DNA of 52,559 nt from an uncultured Gammaproteobacteria bacterium (GTDB lineage Bacteria; Pseudomonadota; Gammaproteobacteria; Arenicellales; JAANXG01): positions 1 through 52,559 of the forward strand of contig CAMYOI010000004.1 of the NCBI GenBank assembly GCA_947259955.1, written 5' to 3'. Position 1 is the stretch's first letter, and the number at the start of each line of letters is the position of its first letter. The notes under the pieces are model-generated. The model was not told the DNA's origin. It saw only the letters and a program-made list of their open reading frames with translations, and did no database searches. A program made the position numbers and the translations under genes. Shown here in pieces: positions 11,470 through 22,277 of this stretch.

Positions 11470-12819
11470 ATGACTAGTAATCAGGAACTGATCGATAGAG
11501 GGCTTCGCACGGTATGGCACCCGTGCACGCAAATGAAGGACCACGAACGGGTGCCGCCCATCCCGGTGCGTCGCGGCGACGGAGTATGGCTGGAGGATTT
11601 CGACGGCAATCGTTACATCGATGCGATCAGCTCGTGGTGGGTCAACCTGTTCGGTCACGCCAACCCGTATATCAACGCCGCCCTTCGAAATCAGGCCAAA
11701 CAGCTCGAGCATGTCATCCTTGCCGGCTGTACCCACGAGCCGGTGGTGCGACTGTCGGAGCAGCTGGCCGCAATCACGCCCGGCAATCTGAAACGATGCT
11801 TCTATGCGGAGAACGGTTCCGCGGCCATAGAAATCGCCCTCAAGATGAGCTTCCAGTACTGGAAAAACAGCGGACAAACCGGCAAAACCCGGTTCGTTAA
11901 TCTGGAGAACAGCTATCACGGCGAAACCATCGGCGCCCTGTCGGTTGGCGACGTGTCAATATTCAAGGACACGTTCGAACCGCTTCTGCTCAAGCCTTAC
12001 ACGGTGCCGTCGCCCGATGCCTACTGCCGCGAACCCGGGGAGAGCGCCGAGGAATATGCCCTGCGACGGTCCGGCGATCTGGCACGGACGCTGGAGGAGC
12101 ATGCCCACCGGATTTGCGCGGTAATCATCGAGCCGCTGGTGCAGTGCGCGGGCGGCATGCGCATGCACCATCCGGCCTATCTGATGAAACTGCGGGAGCT
12201 ATGCGATATCCACGACGTCCACCTGATTGCCGACGAGTGTGCTGTCGGGTTCGGGCGCACGGGCACTATGTTCGCCTGCGAGCAAGCAGGCATCACGCCG
12301 GATTTCATTTGTTTGGCAAAGGGTCTGACGGCTGGGTACCTGCCGTTGTCCGCGGTCGTCACTTCGGATCGGATCTACCAGGCCTTCTACGACGAATACG
12401 ACAGCCTGAAGGGCTTTCTACACTCGCACAGCTACACGGGCAATCCCCTGTGCTGCGCCGTCGCACTGGCCACGCTGGAACTCTTCGAGGAACACGACGC
12501 CATCGAGCAGAACAAGGCGTTGAGCTCCTTCATGGCGCAAGCCACTAAGAGATTCGAAGAACACCCGCATGTCTCCGATGTTCGCCAGACCGGCATGATC
12601 GTTGCCATTGAAATGGTCCAGGACAAGGCGAGTAAAACCCCGTATCCCTGGCAGGAGCGCCGGGGCATGAGGGTCTACGAATACGCGATCCAGAACCAGG
12701 CCCTGCTCCGTCCCCTCGGAAACGTGGTCTACTTCATGCCGCCATACGTCATTACCCCGGAGGAAATACAGCTCCTCTGCGATGTTGCGTGGGACGGGAT
12801 TTCACGAGCAACGAAATAG
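11470..12819 (+). CDS. bioA: Adenosylmethionine-8-amino-7-oxononanoate aminotransferase
   Basis: WHPCTQM, DAISSWWVN, SYHGET, LIADE..VGFGRTG, AKGLTAGYLP. Confidence 0.95.
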   Translation: MTSNQELIDRGLRTVWHPCTQMKDHERVPPIPVRRGDGVWLEDFDGNRYIDAISSWWVNLFGHANPYINAALRNQAKQLEHVILAGCTHEPVVRLSEQLAAITPGNLKRCFYAENGSAAIEIALKMSFQYWKNSGQTGKTRFVNLENSYHGETIGALSVGDVSIFKDTFEPLLLKPYTVPSPDAYCREPGESAEEYALRRSGDLARTLEEHAHRICAVIIEPLVQCAGGMRMHHPAYLMKLRELCDIHDVHLIADECAVGFGRTGTMFACEQAGITPDFICLAKGLTAGYLPLSAVVTSDRIYQAFYDEYDSLKGFLHSHSYTGNPLCCAVALATLELFEEHDAIEQNKALSSFMAQATKRFEEHPHVSDVRQTGMIVAIEMVQDKASKTPYPWQERRGMRVYEYAIQNQALLRPLGNVVYFMPPYVITPEEIQLLCDVAWDGISRATK

Positions 12820-12823
12820 GCGG

Positions 12824-15800
12824 CTAGGGGGACGGGGGGAGTGGCTGCGTTCCCTGACTGGGGAATCCGGAAGAAGCGAGGCATTTTTCAACGTGGGCAA
12901 TCAGCTCCTCTTCCTGATATGGCTTGGTCAGGTAGTCGTTAGCGCCCAGCTTGATTCCCGCGCGGGATGTAATGATCACGATCGGAATGTTTCTGGTCAA
13001 CGGGTCGTTTCTGACCTGTGCCGTGAGTTCGTAGCCGTCCATGCGTGGCATTTCGATATCCACCAGCATCAGATCCGGCTGTCTCTTGCCTATTTCCTCC
13101 AGGGCATCTATGCCGTCTTTTGCCATCACCACCTCCATGCCATGGCGCGACAAATTTCGTGCGGTGACTTTCCGAACCGTGAGCGAATCGTCGACGACCA
13201 TGACCAGCGGTGGCTGCTCAGAAACTTCCTGAACAGTCGATTCCATGCTGCTATGCCGTTCGTCCGCTATCCACAATCCCGCCAGATCCAGGATGATGAT
13301 TACGCTGCCGTCACCCCGGATGGTGGCACCGGCTATCCATTCCACGGGGGATATATGTCGTCCCAGAGATTTCACGACCACTTCCTGGGATCCCATGAGT
13401 TCGCTTACTTTCACCGCGACCTCGCGGGCACCCATCCGAACGATAAGGATGGCAGCCCTTTGTTTTTCCTCTCCACCGTGCGCGAGATCGAGGTGCCTGG
13501 GCAGATCAAGCAGCGGATAAGTATGACCGTCTTTTTCAAATCGTGGCCGGCCGTGGGCTGAAGGCAGCATTTCCCCGGTATCCGCTTTTATCACGCTCTG
13601 GACAATATTGAGCGGTATCGCAAACTCCTGCATGCCGCATCGCACAAAGACGGCCTGGGTAATGGACAACGACACGGGCAGACTGATCTCAAAAGCGGTT
13701 CCCCGGCCTGGTTGACTTTCGGCAATGATACTGCCACCGAGTCTTCGTACCGCGTCGTGTACGACATCCAGACCCACGCCACGGCCCGATAGTTGGGTCA
13801 CTTCGGTCGCAGTGGTGAAACCCGGAAGGACGATGAACTGAATGAGTTGCTCATCCGAGATCGGGTCGCCCGATTCTATCAGTCCCTGTTCGACCGCTTT
13901 TTTTCGGATATTCTCCGCATCAAGCCCCCTGCCGTCGTCGCCGAACCTGACGACAACTTCATTACCCCGCTGCCTGCAATCGATAAGAATGGTGCCCGCA
14001 CGCCGTTTTTCCTGCCGCTCCCTGTCCTGCGGATTTTCAATGCCATGATCCACTGCATTCCTTATCATGTGGTCCAGTGCTTCAGAAATCCCGTCTAGGA
14101 CTTTACGATCGATCTCGACCTCTCCCCCGTTCATGCGGAGCTCTATATCCTTTTCCAGTTCCCGCGCAACCTGCCGAGCCTGATGCCGCAATCTGGGGAG
14201 TATCGTCGAGAACGGCACCAGGCGCGTGCTCATCAAGCCATCCTGCAGTTCGAAACCCAGCTTCGCCTGCTGCTGCAATACGGATTCAGAGTCGTGAACG
14301 AAGCGGGTAATTCCCGTTTGTATGGTCGTCAGGTCGTCCAGGCTCTCGGACAATCCCCTGGAAAGCTGCTGCAGTTCGGTATATCGGTCCATTTGCAACG
14401 GATCGAATTCGCTGCCGCGTGCGCCATCGTCTTCCGGATGCTTGAACGTATCGTTCAGGCGCGAACGTATTTGGCTGTCGGCCTGCAGATCCAGCCGCCG
14501 CAACTGTTCACTGAAACGCGCAACGTTGTCTCTGAGTTCACCCAGATTCGACCGCAGCGTACCAAGATGTTCCTGCATCTGAGCCCGGGTTATGCTCAAC
14601 TCACCGGCGTAGTTGACAAGTTTGTCGAGCATAGCGGAATCGATGCGCAGCACTTCGTGCCCGGATCTGAACGACTCCGGTTCAACGACAGAGCCGGATT
14701 CGGTGACCATCGATTCCGTCGCCGGATCATGAAGATCCGCTGTGCTCGCGGATACTTCACCTTCAACGATCTTCTCCGTGTCCTCAATGGCATGCGCTGC
14801 GTCTTCTCGTTCCCCCGGACCGCGGCCGATCAGTCCTGAAAGTCTGGCGCTCAGATATGCCGTATCGGTAATCGATGCACCACGCCCGATCTGAATCACC
14901 ATTTCAACAAGAGAATCATGGGTCTCCTCGAGCAGCGATCTGAGTTCTTCACCGCTGATCGCCAGTCCGTTTTCCTGCCGCTGCAGCATAGTCTCGGTCT
15001 GGTGGCTGAGATCACCCATCGCTTCAAAACCGGCGGCATAGGCACCGCCCTTCAATGTATGCAGATCCCTTTTGATATTCCCCAGCGACCCGTTCTGATC
15101 CGCACTGCCACGCCATTCATCAAGACTCTTGTTGATTCGGCTCAGTATGTCCGTCGACTCCTCGAGAAAAACGCTGCGGAGATCATCAACTTCATCACCG
15201 GCAGCGCTAGTCCGGGCCCGTGCCGTAACATCCGCACCGTCCAGGCCGCGGGTTTTGTCCTGCGACATCAGTTCACCGAGCAAACTAATCCCGGATATGG
15301 GCCGTTTCTCCCCCCGGGCTGACGCGAAATCGCCGAATTCACGAACACGCGCAAGCTCCTCATGTAAACCGTCGAATTCAGTTCGAACCGACGCGGGGAA
15401 GGTACGGTCCGTATTGAGACGGTCGAGCACCTGCGCCGACAGTATCGCCGCTTTATCCAGTATCCTGCATTCGACCTCAACGAGCGCCTCACCCTTCTGC
15501 CGGATCCGATTGAGGTGTTCGTCCAGCGCGTGGAACAGATTTGACATCTCGACCAGATGCAGGGAACGGGAAGTTCCACCCAGGGTATGAACCGCCAGCA
15601 ATAGCTCGGGAGACACTGCGGTCGTTGCGGCGCCCAGGAAGTTTCTTATGGTACCGAGATGATTGAGGGTTTCCTGGGTAAAGATCCTGATTACCGTATC
15701 GTCCAGCGCCGGCGCCGGGGATTCGCCCGGCGCCTCATCGTCGGCTAACTCGACGATTTGGCGCTGTTCGGCGGCAGCATTTTGTTCCTGACCAGGGTCT

Positions 15801-18301
15801 TCCGAAGAAACAGGGGGCTCCACGGAATCAGTTCGAGCGGTCCGAATTCCATCCGCCCGTGCCGCCCACTGCTCCAGGTCAATGAGGTCTGCGCCAAATT
15901 TTTCGTCTTCGGCCCCCCGCGACACCGCGGCCCCGGCGTCGTCCGCGAACGCCATAACTTCATCGCTGACTTCCATACCGCGGTCCAGCGCGTCGTTAAG
16001 TAGACTCTCCGCGATCCACGACAGCTCCGCGACGGGTGTGGCGCCCGCGGTGCGGCCGCTCCCTTTGAGCGTATGAAACTGTCGTCTCAGATCGGCAAAC
16101 AGTTGGTCGTCCGCATCGCCGCCATGCCACTTCCGGATAAGCTCTTCGATGATGGAGATACATTCCTTCGCCTCTTCCCTGAATAGCTCACGAATATCGA
16201 AATCCATGTCGGATTCCACCGCAGGGCCGCGGACGGGGCCCACTTCAGCGGAAGACTGGTCTCCGACCAACCCGGGCGCCATGCCGGCAAGCGTCGCCCA
16301 CGACCTTCTCAGGGTGCTCTCTATTTCAGGAGACAGAAACGCGGGGTCCTCGGTTACGATATCGAACAGGTTATTCATTTCCTGCGCAATGCGACGCAAC
16401 CTGGGCTGGTTTTTGACTGTCGCGGCAGCCGAAACCTCCCTGAGCCCGCCGCGAAGATGACTGAACGCCCGGTGGTCAGAAGTGTCATTCAGCCAGTCGT
16501 CAAGATATTGACGCAATGCGCCGATGGTTTTCGCGGGATCGAATTCGACCAACTCGTGCGCCGTAAGCACATCCTCCAGTTCCTGGATGGCCCGGTCCAC
16601 CATCTCGTGCACATGGGGACGACCGTGCTCCAACCCGTCGACGAACCTCTCTGCGGTACCTACCGCCACGGCGAGTGAATCGATCAGCCTGTCGGAGGAT
16701 TCGATGTCACCTCGTTCAAGCTTTTCGATGTAATCTTTGGTGGTGGAAAGCATGTCCGCGGCCTTGTACTGACCAAGCATCTGCAACACGCCTTGAACGT
16801 GGGAAAGTTTCTTGCACGCGCCTTCCAGTGTGCGGGGCTGGTGCGGTTCGCGGGAAAATGCCTCGAGCGATTCCTCAGCAGCATTGAGGCAGATGTACAT
16901 TTCACCTGCCACCCGCGGCAACATTCGTTTGACTTCTGAATCCGTGGGCCTGGCGACGCTCAATCGTTGTGGGTCTCCTTCGTGACCTTCGATCTTGCTC
17001 AGCATTCGCATCCGCTCGAATTTTTCATTCAGCGTATCGAGCCAGTCCTGGTCGAGCTTATCCCTCCGCTTCAGCGTCTCTTCCAGGAACAACAGCGCTT
17101 CCGCCACCTGGAAAGCGGCCGCCTGGTGGCCGTCAGTGCCAACATCCTCCGCCCCGGCCAGGTCCATAACGCTCACTGTTTCCCTGATCAATCCGACCAG
17201 GTCATTCAATCCGTATTGCTGCAATTGCTCGGCGCTCCGCCCGAGTTTGTTCTTGATTAGTTGACGCTTGTCTTCGTCGCGCGCACTCGAACCAAAATAA
17301 TCCACCACCTCCTGCTTGATCGACCTGATCTCACCTTCCAGCTTTTCTTCCAGGTCCACGGGAACGCTGGCGAATTTTTGCTCATTTTCATCCACCTCTC
17401 CGCGCAGTATCTCGTTGAGGTTGAATGCATGCCTGATCTCCGTGAGCAGCTTGCTGTTACACGATGAGCTTCCGATGTCGTACAACATTTCCCTGACCAG
17501 CGTATCCTCCCTTTCCTTGACCAGAGCCGCTTCGCCCTGATCGATGAGTTTGCGCAAGAGCTGATCGAGTCGCGCCGGCACATGTTTGTGTGCAACGCCT
17601 TCATCTTCAGGGCTCAATGCCATCATCTCCGAGTACGCACTGGCTATCCACCACAGCTGGACGACACTGTTGAATCGCGCGATATCCTGCAACTCCCGGG
17701 TCAGTGCCGTGATGACATGAAGTGCCTCAATATCAGAGCTTTGCAGCCACTTGAGCAGCGATTTTTGAAATTCCCTCCTTATTTCCCGCACTTTTTCCTT
17801 GTAACCGTCTTCATCCATGTGTTCGTGCCCGGGCGGTCTGGCTGGATAGACATCGAGATTCGGATCGAAAATCGAAAACACGTCCAAGGGGTGTTGTCCC
17901 CGGGCACGGCGCAGTTCGTTGATATGCTGCAGATTGCTGATCAATGCATCCGTCTTCCCCTGCTGCAACCTTTGCAGATAGGTGGAAAGATACCGAAGAC
18001 TCGAATCCAGCAACGGAATGACGGTTTCGGCCGGCTCCGCGGCGCTTCGCCCGTCGTCATTGATCAGAGTGCTTGCCAGCAGTTCGGCCTCGCTGGCCAG
18101 CATGGCTGCGCCATCCAACTCGACCATCTGCAAGGTCCCTACGACCTGGTGAAGATGGTTTACGAACAGTCTCAGCGGCGTTGTGTCGCCAGCTTGACTG
18201 CTGAATCCTTCGATGGCCTCGCGCGCGCAGTCGAGGGTATGGTCGATCTCGCGCTTGACCCAATTCAGAGTACCGAACTCAATGATGCCGACGTTGCTCA
18301 T
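12824..18301 (-). CDS. chpA: Type IV pili chemosensory hybrid histidine kinase ChpA (Hpt repeats, HATPase, CheW, REC)
   Basis: Multiple Hpt motifs (HQVVGTL, HTLKGSG, HTLGGTS, HTLKGGA), HMIRNAVDHGIE, SGRGVGLDVV, C-terminal REC. Follows pilJ. Confidence 0.93.
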   Translation of the reverse strand: MSNVGIIEFGTLNWVKREIDHTLDCAREAIEGFSSQAGDTTPLRLFVNHLHQVVGTLQMVELDGAAMLASEAELLASTLINDDGRSAAEPAETVIPLLDSSLRYLSTYLQRLQQGKTDALISNLQHINELRRARGQHPLDVFSIFDPNLDVYPARPPGHEHMDEDGYKEKVREIRREFQKSLLKWLQSSDIEALHVITALTRELQDIARFNSVVQLWWIASAYSEMMALSPEDEGVAHKHVPARLDQLLRKLIDQGEAALVKEREDTLVREMLYDIGSSSCNSKLLTEIRHAFNLNEILRGEVDENEQKFASVPVDLEEKLEGEIRSIKQEVVDYFGSSARDEDKRQLIKNKLGRSAEQLQQYGLNDLVGLIRETVSVMDLAGAEDVGTDGHQAAAFQVAEALLFLEETLKRRDKLDQDWLDTLNEKFERMRMLSKIEGHEGDPQRLSVARPTDSEVKRMLPRVAGEMYICLNAAEESLEAFSREPHQPRTLEGACKKLSHVQGVLQMLGQYKAADMLSTTKDYIEKLERGDIESSDRLIDSLAVAVGTAERFVDGLEHGRPHVHEMVDRAIQELEDVLTAHELVEFDPAKTIGALRQYLDDWLNDTSDHRAFSHLRGGLREVSAAATVKNQPRLRRIAQEMNNLFDIVTEDPAFLSPEIESTLRRSWATLAGMAPGLVGDQSSAEVGPVRGPAVESDMDFDIRELFREEAKECISIIEELIRKWHGGDADDQLFADLRRQFHTLKGSGRTAGATPVAELSWIAESLLNDALDRGMEVSDEVMAFADDAGAAVSRGAEDEKFGADLIDLEQWAARADGIRTARTDSVEPPVSSEDPGQEQNAAAEQRQIVELADDEAPGESPAPALDDTVIRIFTQETLNHLGTIRNFLGAATTAVSPELLLAVHTLGGTSRSLHLVEMSNLFHALDEHLNRIRQKGEALVEVECRILDKAAILSAQVLDRLNTDRTFPASVRTEFDGLHEELARVREFGDFASARGEKRPISGISLLGELMSQDKTRGLDGADVTARARTSAAGDEVDDLRSVFLEESTDILSRINKSLDEWRGSADQNGSLGNIKRDLHTLKGGAYAAGFEAMGDLSHQTETMLQRQENGLAISGEELRSLLEETHDSLVEMVIQIGRGASITDTAYLSARLSGLIGRGPGEREDAAHAIEDTEKIVEGEVSASTADLHDPATESMVTESGSVVEPESFRSGHEVLRIDSAMLDKLVNYAGELSITRAQMQEHLGTLRSNLGELRDNVARFSEQLRRLDLQADSQIRSRLNDTFKHPEDDGARGSEFDPLQMDRYTELQQLSRGLSESLDDLTTIQTGITRFVHDSESVLQQQAKLGFELQDGLMSTRLVPFSTILPRLRHQARQVARELEKDIELRMNGGEVEIDRKVLDGISEALDHMIRNAVDHGIENPQDRERQEKRRAGTILIDCRQRGNEVVVRFGDDGRGLDAENIRKKAVEQGLIESGDPISDEQLIQFIVLPGFTTATEVTQLSGRGVGLDVVHDAVRRLGGSIIAESQPGRGTAFEISLPVSLSITQAVFVRCGMQEFAIPLNIVQSVIKADTGEMLPSAHGRPRFEKDGHTYPLLDLPRHLDLAHGGEEKQRAAILIVRMGAREVAVKVSELMGSQEVVVKSLGRHISPVEWIAGATIRGDGSVIIILDLAGLWIADERHSSMESTVQEVSEQPPLVMVVDDSLTVRKVTARNLSRHGMEVVMAKDGIDALEEIGKRQPDLMLVDIEMPRMDGYELTAQVRNDPLTRNIPIVIITSRAGIKLGANDYLTKPYQEEELIAHVEKCLASSGFPSQGTQPLPPSP

Positions 18302-18340
18302 CGTGTTGAGAAGTCCTAACGTCCCGATGCAATATGCAGG

Positions 18341-20464
18341 CTAGCCGGGGATTCTGAAGCCGGCAACGGATTGCTCGAGGTCCCGTGCAAGGCGCGTAAG
18401 TTTCCCGATAGACTCCGCGGTGTGTTTCGCATTCTGTGCGGTGTTCCGCGTTACGTCACGTATAAATTTCATTTGAGCCGAGACGTCGGTCGCGGACTCT
18501 GACTGCGCGTGGGCTGTCTGCGCCATACTTCCAATCAATCCGGACATGTGCTTAGACACGTTTTCGATTTCGTTGAGCGCCTGACCCGCACCGTTGGCCA
18601 CTCGGGTACCGTCGACAACGCCCTGGGTCGCGTGCTCCATGGAAATCACCGCCTCATTGGTGTCGGATTGAATATTTCGAACCAGGCTGTTGATCTGCTT
18701 GGTCGCCTCGGCGGACCGCTCCGCCAGTCTCTGGACTTCATCGGCAACCACGGCGAATCCTTTGCCTGCTTCTCCGGCCATGGCAGCCTGGATTGCGGCG
18801 TTCAGCGACAGAATATTGGTTTGCTCCGCAATATCATCGATCAACCCAACGATATCACTAATCTGCTGCGAGCTTTCCCCAAGCCGCTTGATTCGTTTGG
18901 AAGTCTCCTGTATTTGATCGCGCATTCCGTCCATACCGCGGATTGTTTCCCGCACCGCACGGGCCCCTCTTTTCGCCACCTCCACGGAGTTCTTCGCGAC
19001 CTCAGCCGAGCGCAGGGCTCCTGTAGACATCTCTTCCATGGAAGTGGACATAGACTCAACGGTTTCGGCGGTCTTGGTAATCTGACTGGCCTGTTTGGCG
19101 CTCGCGATCAACAAGGCCTGCGCGGTGGCGGAAGTTGCCTGCGACTCCCTGGCTACCTGACGTGACGCGTCGTTGATTCGAGTGACAAGACCACGCATTT
19201 CCTTCACCGCAAAATTCACCGAGTCGGCGATTGCACCGGTAATCTGATCGGTCACTTCCGCCTCGATGGTCAGATCGCCGTCAGCCAGGCTGCCCATTTC
19301 GTCCAGCAGCTTCAAGATCGCGTCCTGGGTGTCCCGGTTTTGCTTCGCGCTGAGTTCCGCCCTGATGCGGGCGTCATTGATCAATGCCCGCCCGAGCAGG
19401 AACAGTAACACGACGATTACCGCACCGATGAGCCAAGGCAGATACGCCGTGATCCCGGCGGGCTTCGCATTGGTGATCCCTCGCACGAGATCCTGCACCG
19501 CTGGCAGCAGCTCATCGGTGGATTCCTGCACCGCCAGCGCAGCGTTTTGCGCTTCGAAAAAGCCCGCCGCGTCTTTGAATACGCTGGAAATCGATGCCAG
19601 CATGGTATTGAAGGTCTTGTCAGCATCCTCCAACCTTGCCTGCGTTATGGCACCGCCCGTTCTGCGCAGCTGGGAGATGGCGGTCTGAAACTCCGCCAGA
19701 TCCCTCCCAATCTGACCGGCAGCGGCGGCCGCATCGACCTCGCCTTTTGCATAGATGTTTACATCTTTGACGATCCTCTGGCTGAGCCCGCGCTGACGCG
19801 CGGCTTCGTTGACGACCGACGCATCTCCGGACTCGACGATGACCGCGTCAACCACTTCATCCGAACGCGCCAGGAGAAGCGGTGCAAGTTCATTGACCAG
19901 CTTGACCTGGTCACGCGTGTTCGACAGTGAGTCACGAAATCCTAGGATGGTGTCGACGTTCGTTTCGACGTCTCTCCAATGAGACATCACGGGGTCAAGC
20001 AATGATATTTGGGCCTCCGGCAATGGCGCCGCGTTTCTCTCCGCGTCGCCCTGGTCGAGAGAGTCAATAATCGATGCAGCCGATTGTTTCGCGTCTTGCA
20101 GCGAAGCGAACGCGTTATCGTCGCCCTTGGTAGCCTTGCTCGAATCTATGGATACCTGCTGAGACAACGCCAGCAGCTTCGACGAGCGCTCGATGAATTC
20201 AGCCTTACTGGCGGCATGGCGCGTTTCGAATGCCTGCAGGAGCACCAGCGCAACGATAGAAATTATCACGCCTGTAATCAGAATAGGTACGCTTTCGAGT
20301 ATTCCGTTGTTTTCCGGTTCGTACGACGCGTCTTCCAGATCGAACATGTCATTTTCCGGAATCAGGCTGTCCTCGGGTACAGCGGCGGATATGTTTTCGA
20401 CGTCGCCGCTCAGCGCCTCATTGATATCCGGGCTCTCGTCGATTAAGCCTTGTACTGTCGCCAT
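18341..20464 (-). CDS. pilJ: Methyl-accepting chemotaxis protein PilJ
   Basis: Two TM segments, HAMP-like region, [33 protein letters not shown]. Confidence 0.93.
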   Translation of the reverse strand: MATVQGLIDESPDINEALSGDVENISAAVPEDSLIPENDMFDLEDASYEPENNGILESVPILITGVIISIVALVLLQAFETRHAASKAEFIERSSKLLALSQQVSIDSSKATKGDDNAFASLQDAKQSAASIIDSLDQGDAERNAAPLPEAQISLLDPVMSHWRDVETNVDTILGFRDSLSNTRDQVKLVNELAPLLLARSDEVVDAVIVESGDASVVNEAARQRGLSQRIVKDVNIYAKGEVDAAAAAGQIGRDLAEFQTAISQLRRTGGAITQARLEDADKTFNTMLASISSVFKDAAGFFEAQNAALAVQESTDELLPAVQDLVRGITNAKPAGITAYLPWLIGAVIVVLLFLLGRALINDARIRAELSAKQNRDTQDAILKLLDEMGSLADGDLTIEAEVTDQITGAIADSVNFAVKEMRGLVTRINDASRQVARESQATSATAQALLIASAKQASQITKTAETVESMSTSMEEMSTGALRSAEVAKNSVEVAKRGARAVRETIRGMDGMRDQIQETSKRIKRLGESSQQISDIVGLIDDIAEQTNILSLNAAIQAAMAGEAGKGFAVVADEVQRLAERSAEATKQINSLVRNIQSDTNEAVISMEHATQGVVDGTRVANGAGQALNEIENVSKHMSGLIGSMAQTAHAQSESATDVSAQMKFIRDVTRNTAQNAKHTAESIGKLTRLARDLEQSVAGFRIPG

Positions 20465-20476
20465 CCGTTTACCTCG

Positions 20477-21031
20477 TCAGTTAAAGGCGCTGTCCTTAAC
20501 ATACAGAAACTTTTCGTCGGTGATCAGCCGTTCCAGCGACAAAACCGCCCACGTACTGTCACCCTGAACGAAGGTCCGATCGACGTATGGCCGAATCGCC
20601 TCGTCCAAACCAGACGTGTCCTGATTCATCTGGTCCTCCGTGAAGTAGCGCAAACCGAATATCTTGGGAACGAACAAGGTGCAACCGAGATCCTCGTTGT
20701 TTATTACGAGAATCCTGCCTTCCCTCGCGACCCCGCGAGGAGCCACGCCGAGAAACAGCCCGAAATCCACGACCGAAAACAGCTTGCCGCGCACGTTGCA
20801 GATCCCCATCACCCACGACTGCGTACCCGGAACCGGCGTTATCGCGGGGCAGTCGAGCACATCAATGATGCTGGTCAACTCGGTGACAAGAAAATAGTCA
20901 CCGACCCGGAATGCCAGCCCGCCCCATTTTTGGTCGCCCTGATCCTTTTCCGCGAGCGCGTGGCCGGCTGCCATGGCCTCCCGCTGCATGCGCCACAGGA
21001 TCTCGACCGGATGTTCACGTGAGTCGGACAT
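20477..21031 (-). CDS. pilI: CheW-like adaptor PilI
   Basis: TPVPGTQSWVMGICNVRGKL; lies between pilH and pilJ. Confidence 0.9.
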   Translation of the reverse strand: MSDSREHPVEILWRMQREAMAAGHALAEKDQGDQKWGGLAFRVGDYFLVTELTSIIDVLDCPAITPVPGTQSWVMGICNVRGKLFSVVDFGLFLGVAPRGVAREGRILVINNEDLGCTLFVPKIFGLRYFTEDQMNQDTSGLDEAIRPYVDRTFVQGDSTWAVLSLERLITDEKFLYVKDSAFN

Positions 21032-21046
21032 ATGGAACGGACCTAC

Positions 21047-21409
21047 CTACAACGCCCTGATTTTCTCAATCAGGGCCTCCTCTGAGATAGGTTTGACGAG
21101 ATAGTCCTTCGCCCCCTGCCGCATACCCCATATTCTGTCGGAATCCTGCCTCCTCGAAGAGATGATCATAATGGGGATAGAGGCGGTATTGGGATTCGTT
21201 CTGAGTGCCCGGGTGGCTTCATATCCGTTCATGCCTGGCATCACGATATCCATCAGGATCAGGTCCGGCTTGTCCATATGAGCACGGGTAAGTGCCTCCT
21301 CCCCGCTCGACGCCGACAGGGCCGTGTAGCCGTTGTTTACCAGATACCCCGTGATCAAATGCAGGTCGGTAGGGGAATCATCGACTACAAGTACTTTATC
21401 AGCTACCAA
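21047..21409 (-). CDS. pilH: CheY-like response regulator PilH
   Basis: VVDDSPT, MDIVMPGMNGY, DRIWGMRQGAKDYLVKP; GAGG before the TTG start. Confidence 0.92.
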   Translation of the reverse strand: MVADKVLVVDDSPTDLHLITGYLVNNGYTALSASSGEEALTRAHMDKPDLILMDIVMPGMNGYEATRALRTNPNTASIPIMIISSRRQDSDRIWGMRQGAKDYLVKPISEEALIEKIRAL

Positions 21410-21473
21410 TTTTACCTCGCTAGATCAATTGTTGTTCTTGGAAACATGCATCCCATACTGGATTCCAACCAGG

Positions 21474-21869
21474 TCAGTGCGATACCGTCTCACTCACATG
21501 TTTGTTGATTGCCGATATCAGGTCCACCTCGGTAAACGGCTTGTTGATATGCTGCTCTGATCCCGCAATGCGGCCCCTGGCACGATCAAACAGTCCGTCC
21601 TTGCTAGACAGCATGATTACGGGTATTTTTTTGAAATGCCGGTTGTTCTTGATCAGGGTGCATGTCTGGTATCCATCCAATCGCGGCATCATGATGTCTA
21701 CAAAAATGATATCGGGGTGGTTGTCCGTGATGACAGACATCGCCTCGAATCCATCCGAGGCGGTCAGGACATCAAAACCAGCTCTGGACAGCAACGCTTC
21801 CGTGGTTTTGCGAATAGTCCTGCTATCATCGATGACCATGACTTTGATCGTCATCGTATCCTCTACCAA
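21474..21869 (-). CDS. pilG: CheY-like response regulator PilG
   Basis: IDDSRTIRKT, DIMMPRLDGYQTC, LSSKDGLFDRARGRIAGS. Start may instead be the ATG at 21854. Confidence 0.93.
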   Translation of the reverse strand: MVEDTMTIKVMVIDDSRTIRKTTEALLSRAGFDVLTASDGFEAMSVITDNHPDIIFVDIMMPRLDGYQTCTLIKNNRHFKKIPVIMLSSKDGLFDRARGRIAGSEQHINKPFTEVDLISAINKHVSETVSH

Positions 21870-22277
21870 CCTAGCATCCGAGAGTTTTAAACGTTACGAT
21901 GTCGAGCGCCCCCCTACAGCGCCCACCGCGTATATGACAAGCATAGTCTATATTTCCGGTGACCAACGACCACGCTGATCCCGGCGGCGTATGCCGCCAT
22001 AGACACCGCCCGGACGGGCGGTCGCCCAATATTCATGTGATTTCTGAAAAATAGCAGTAAATTTATGATTTTTCTACCAAATTCAATAAGATTTAATCGT
22101 AGCGGATCGCGGAACGCAGCGCACGGCACTATAATGGTTTAGATCCGTCATGCCGGAGAATGAAGCCTCGATGTTTGCCCCCGCCTATCTCTTTCCCGCA
22201 CCGCACCGGCGTCGCGGCCGCGATCAGACCGACCCGGCGCTTCCGTCTATTCGCCGCCTGCGAGGGCGTTACAAGCC

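Noticed and set aside
21983-22022. Two adjacent GC hairpins upstream of pilG
   Set aside because: No recognisable riboswitch or ncRNA motif and no U-tract; expected by chance at this GC content.
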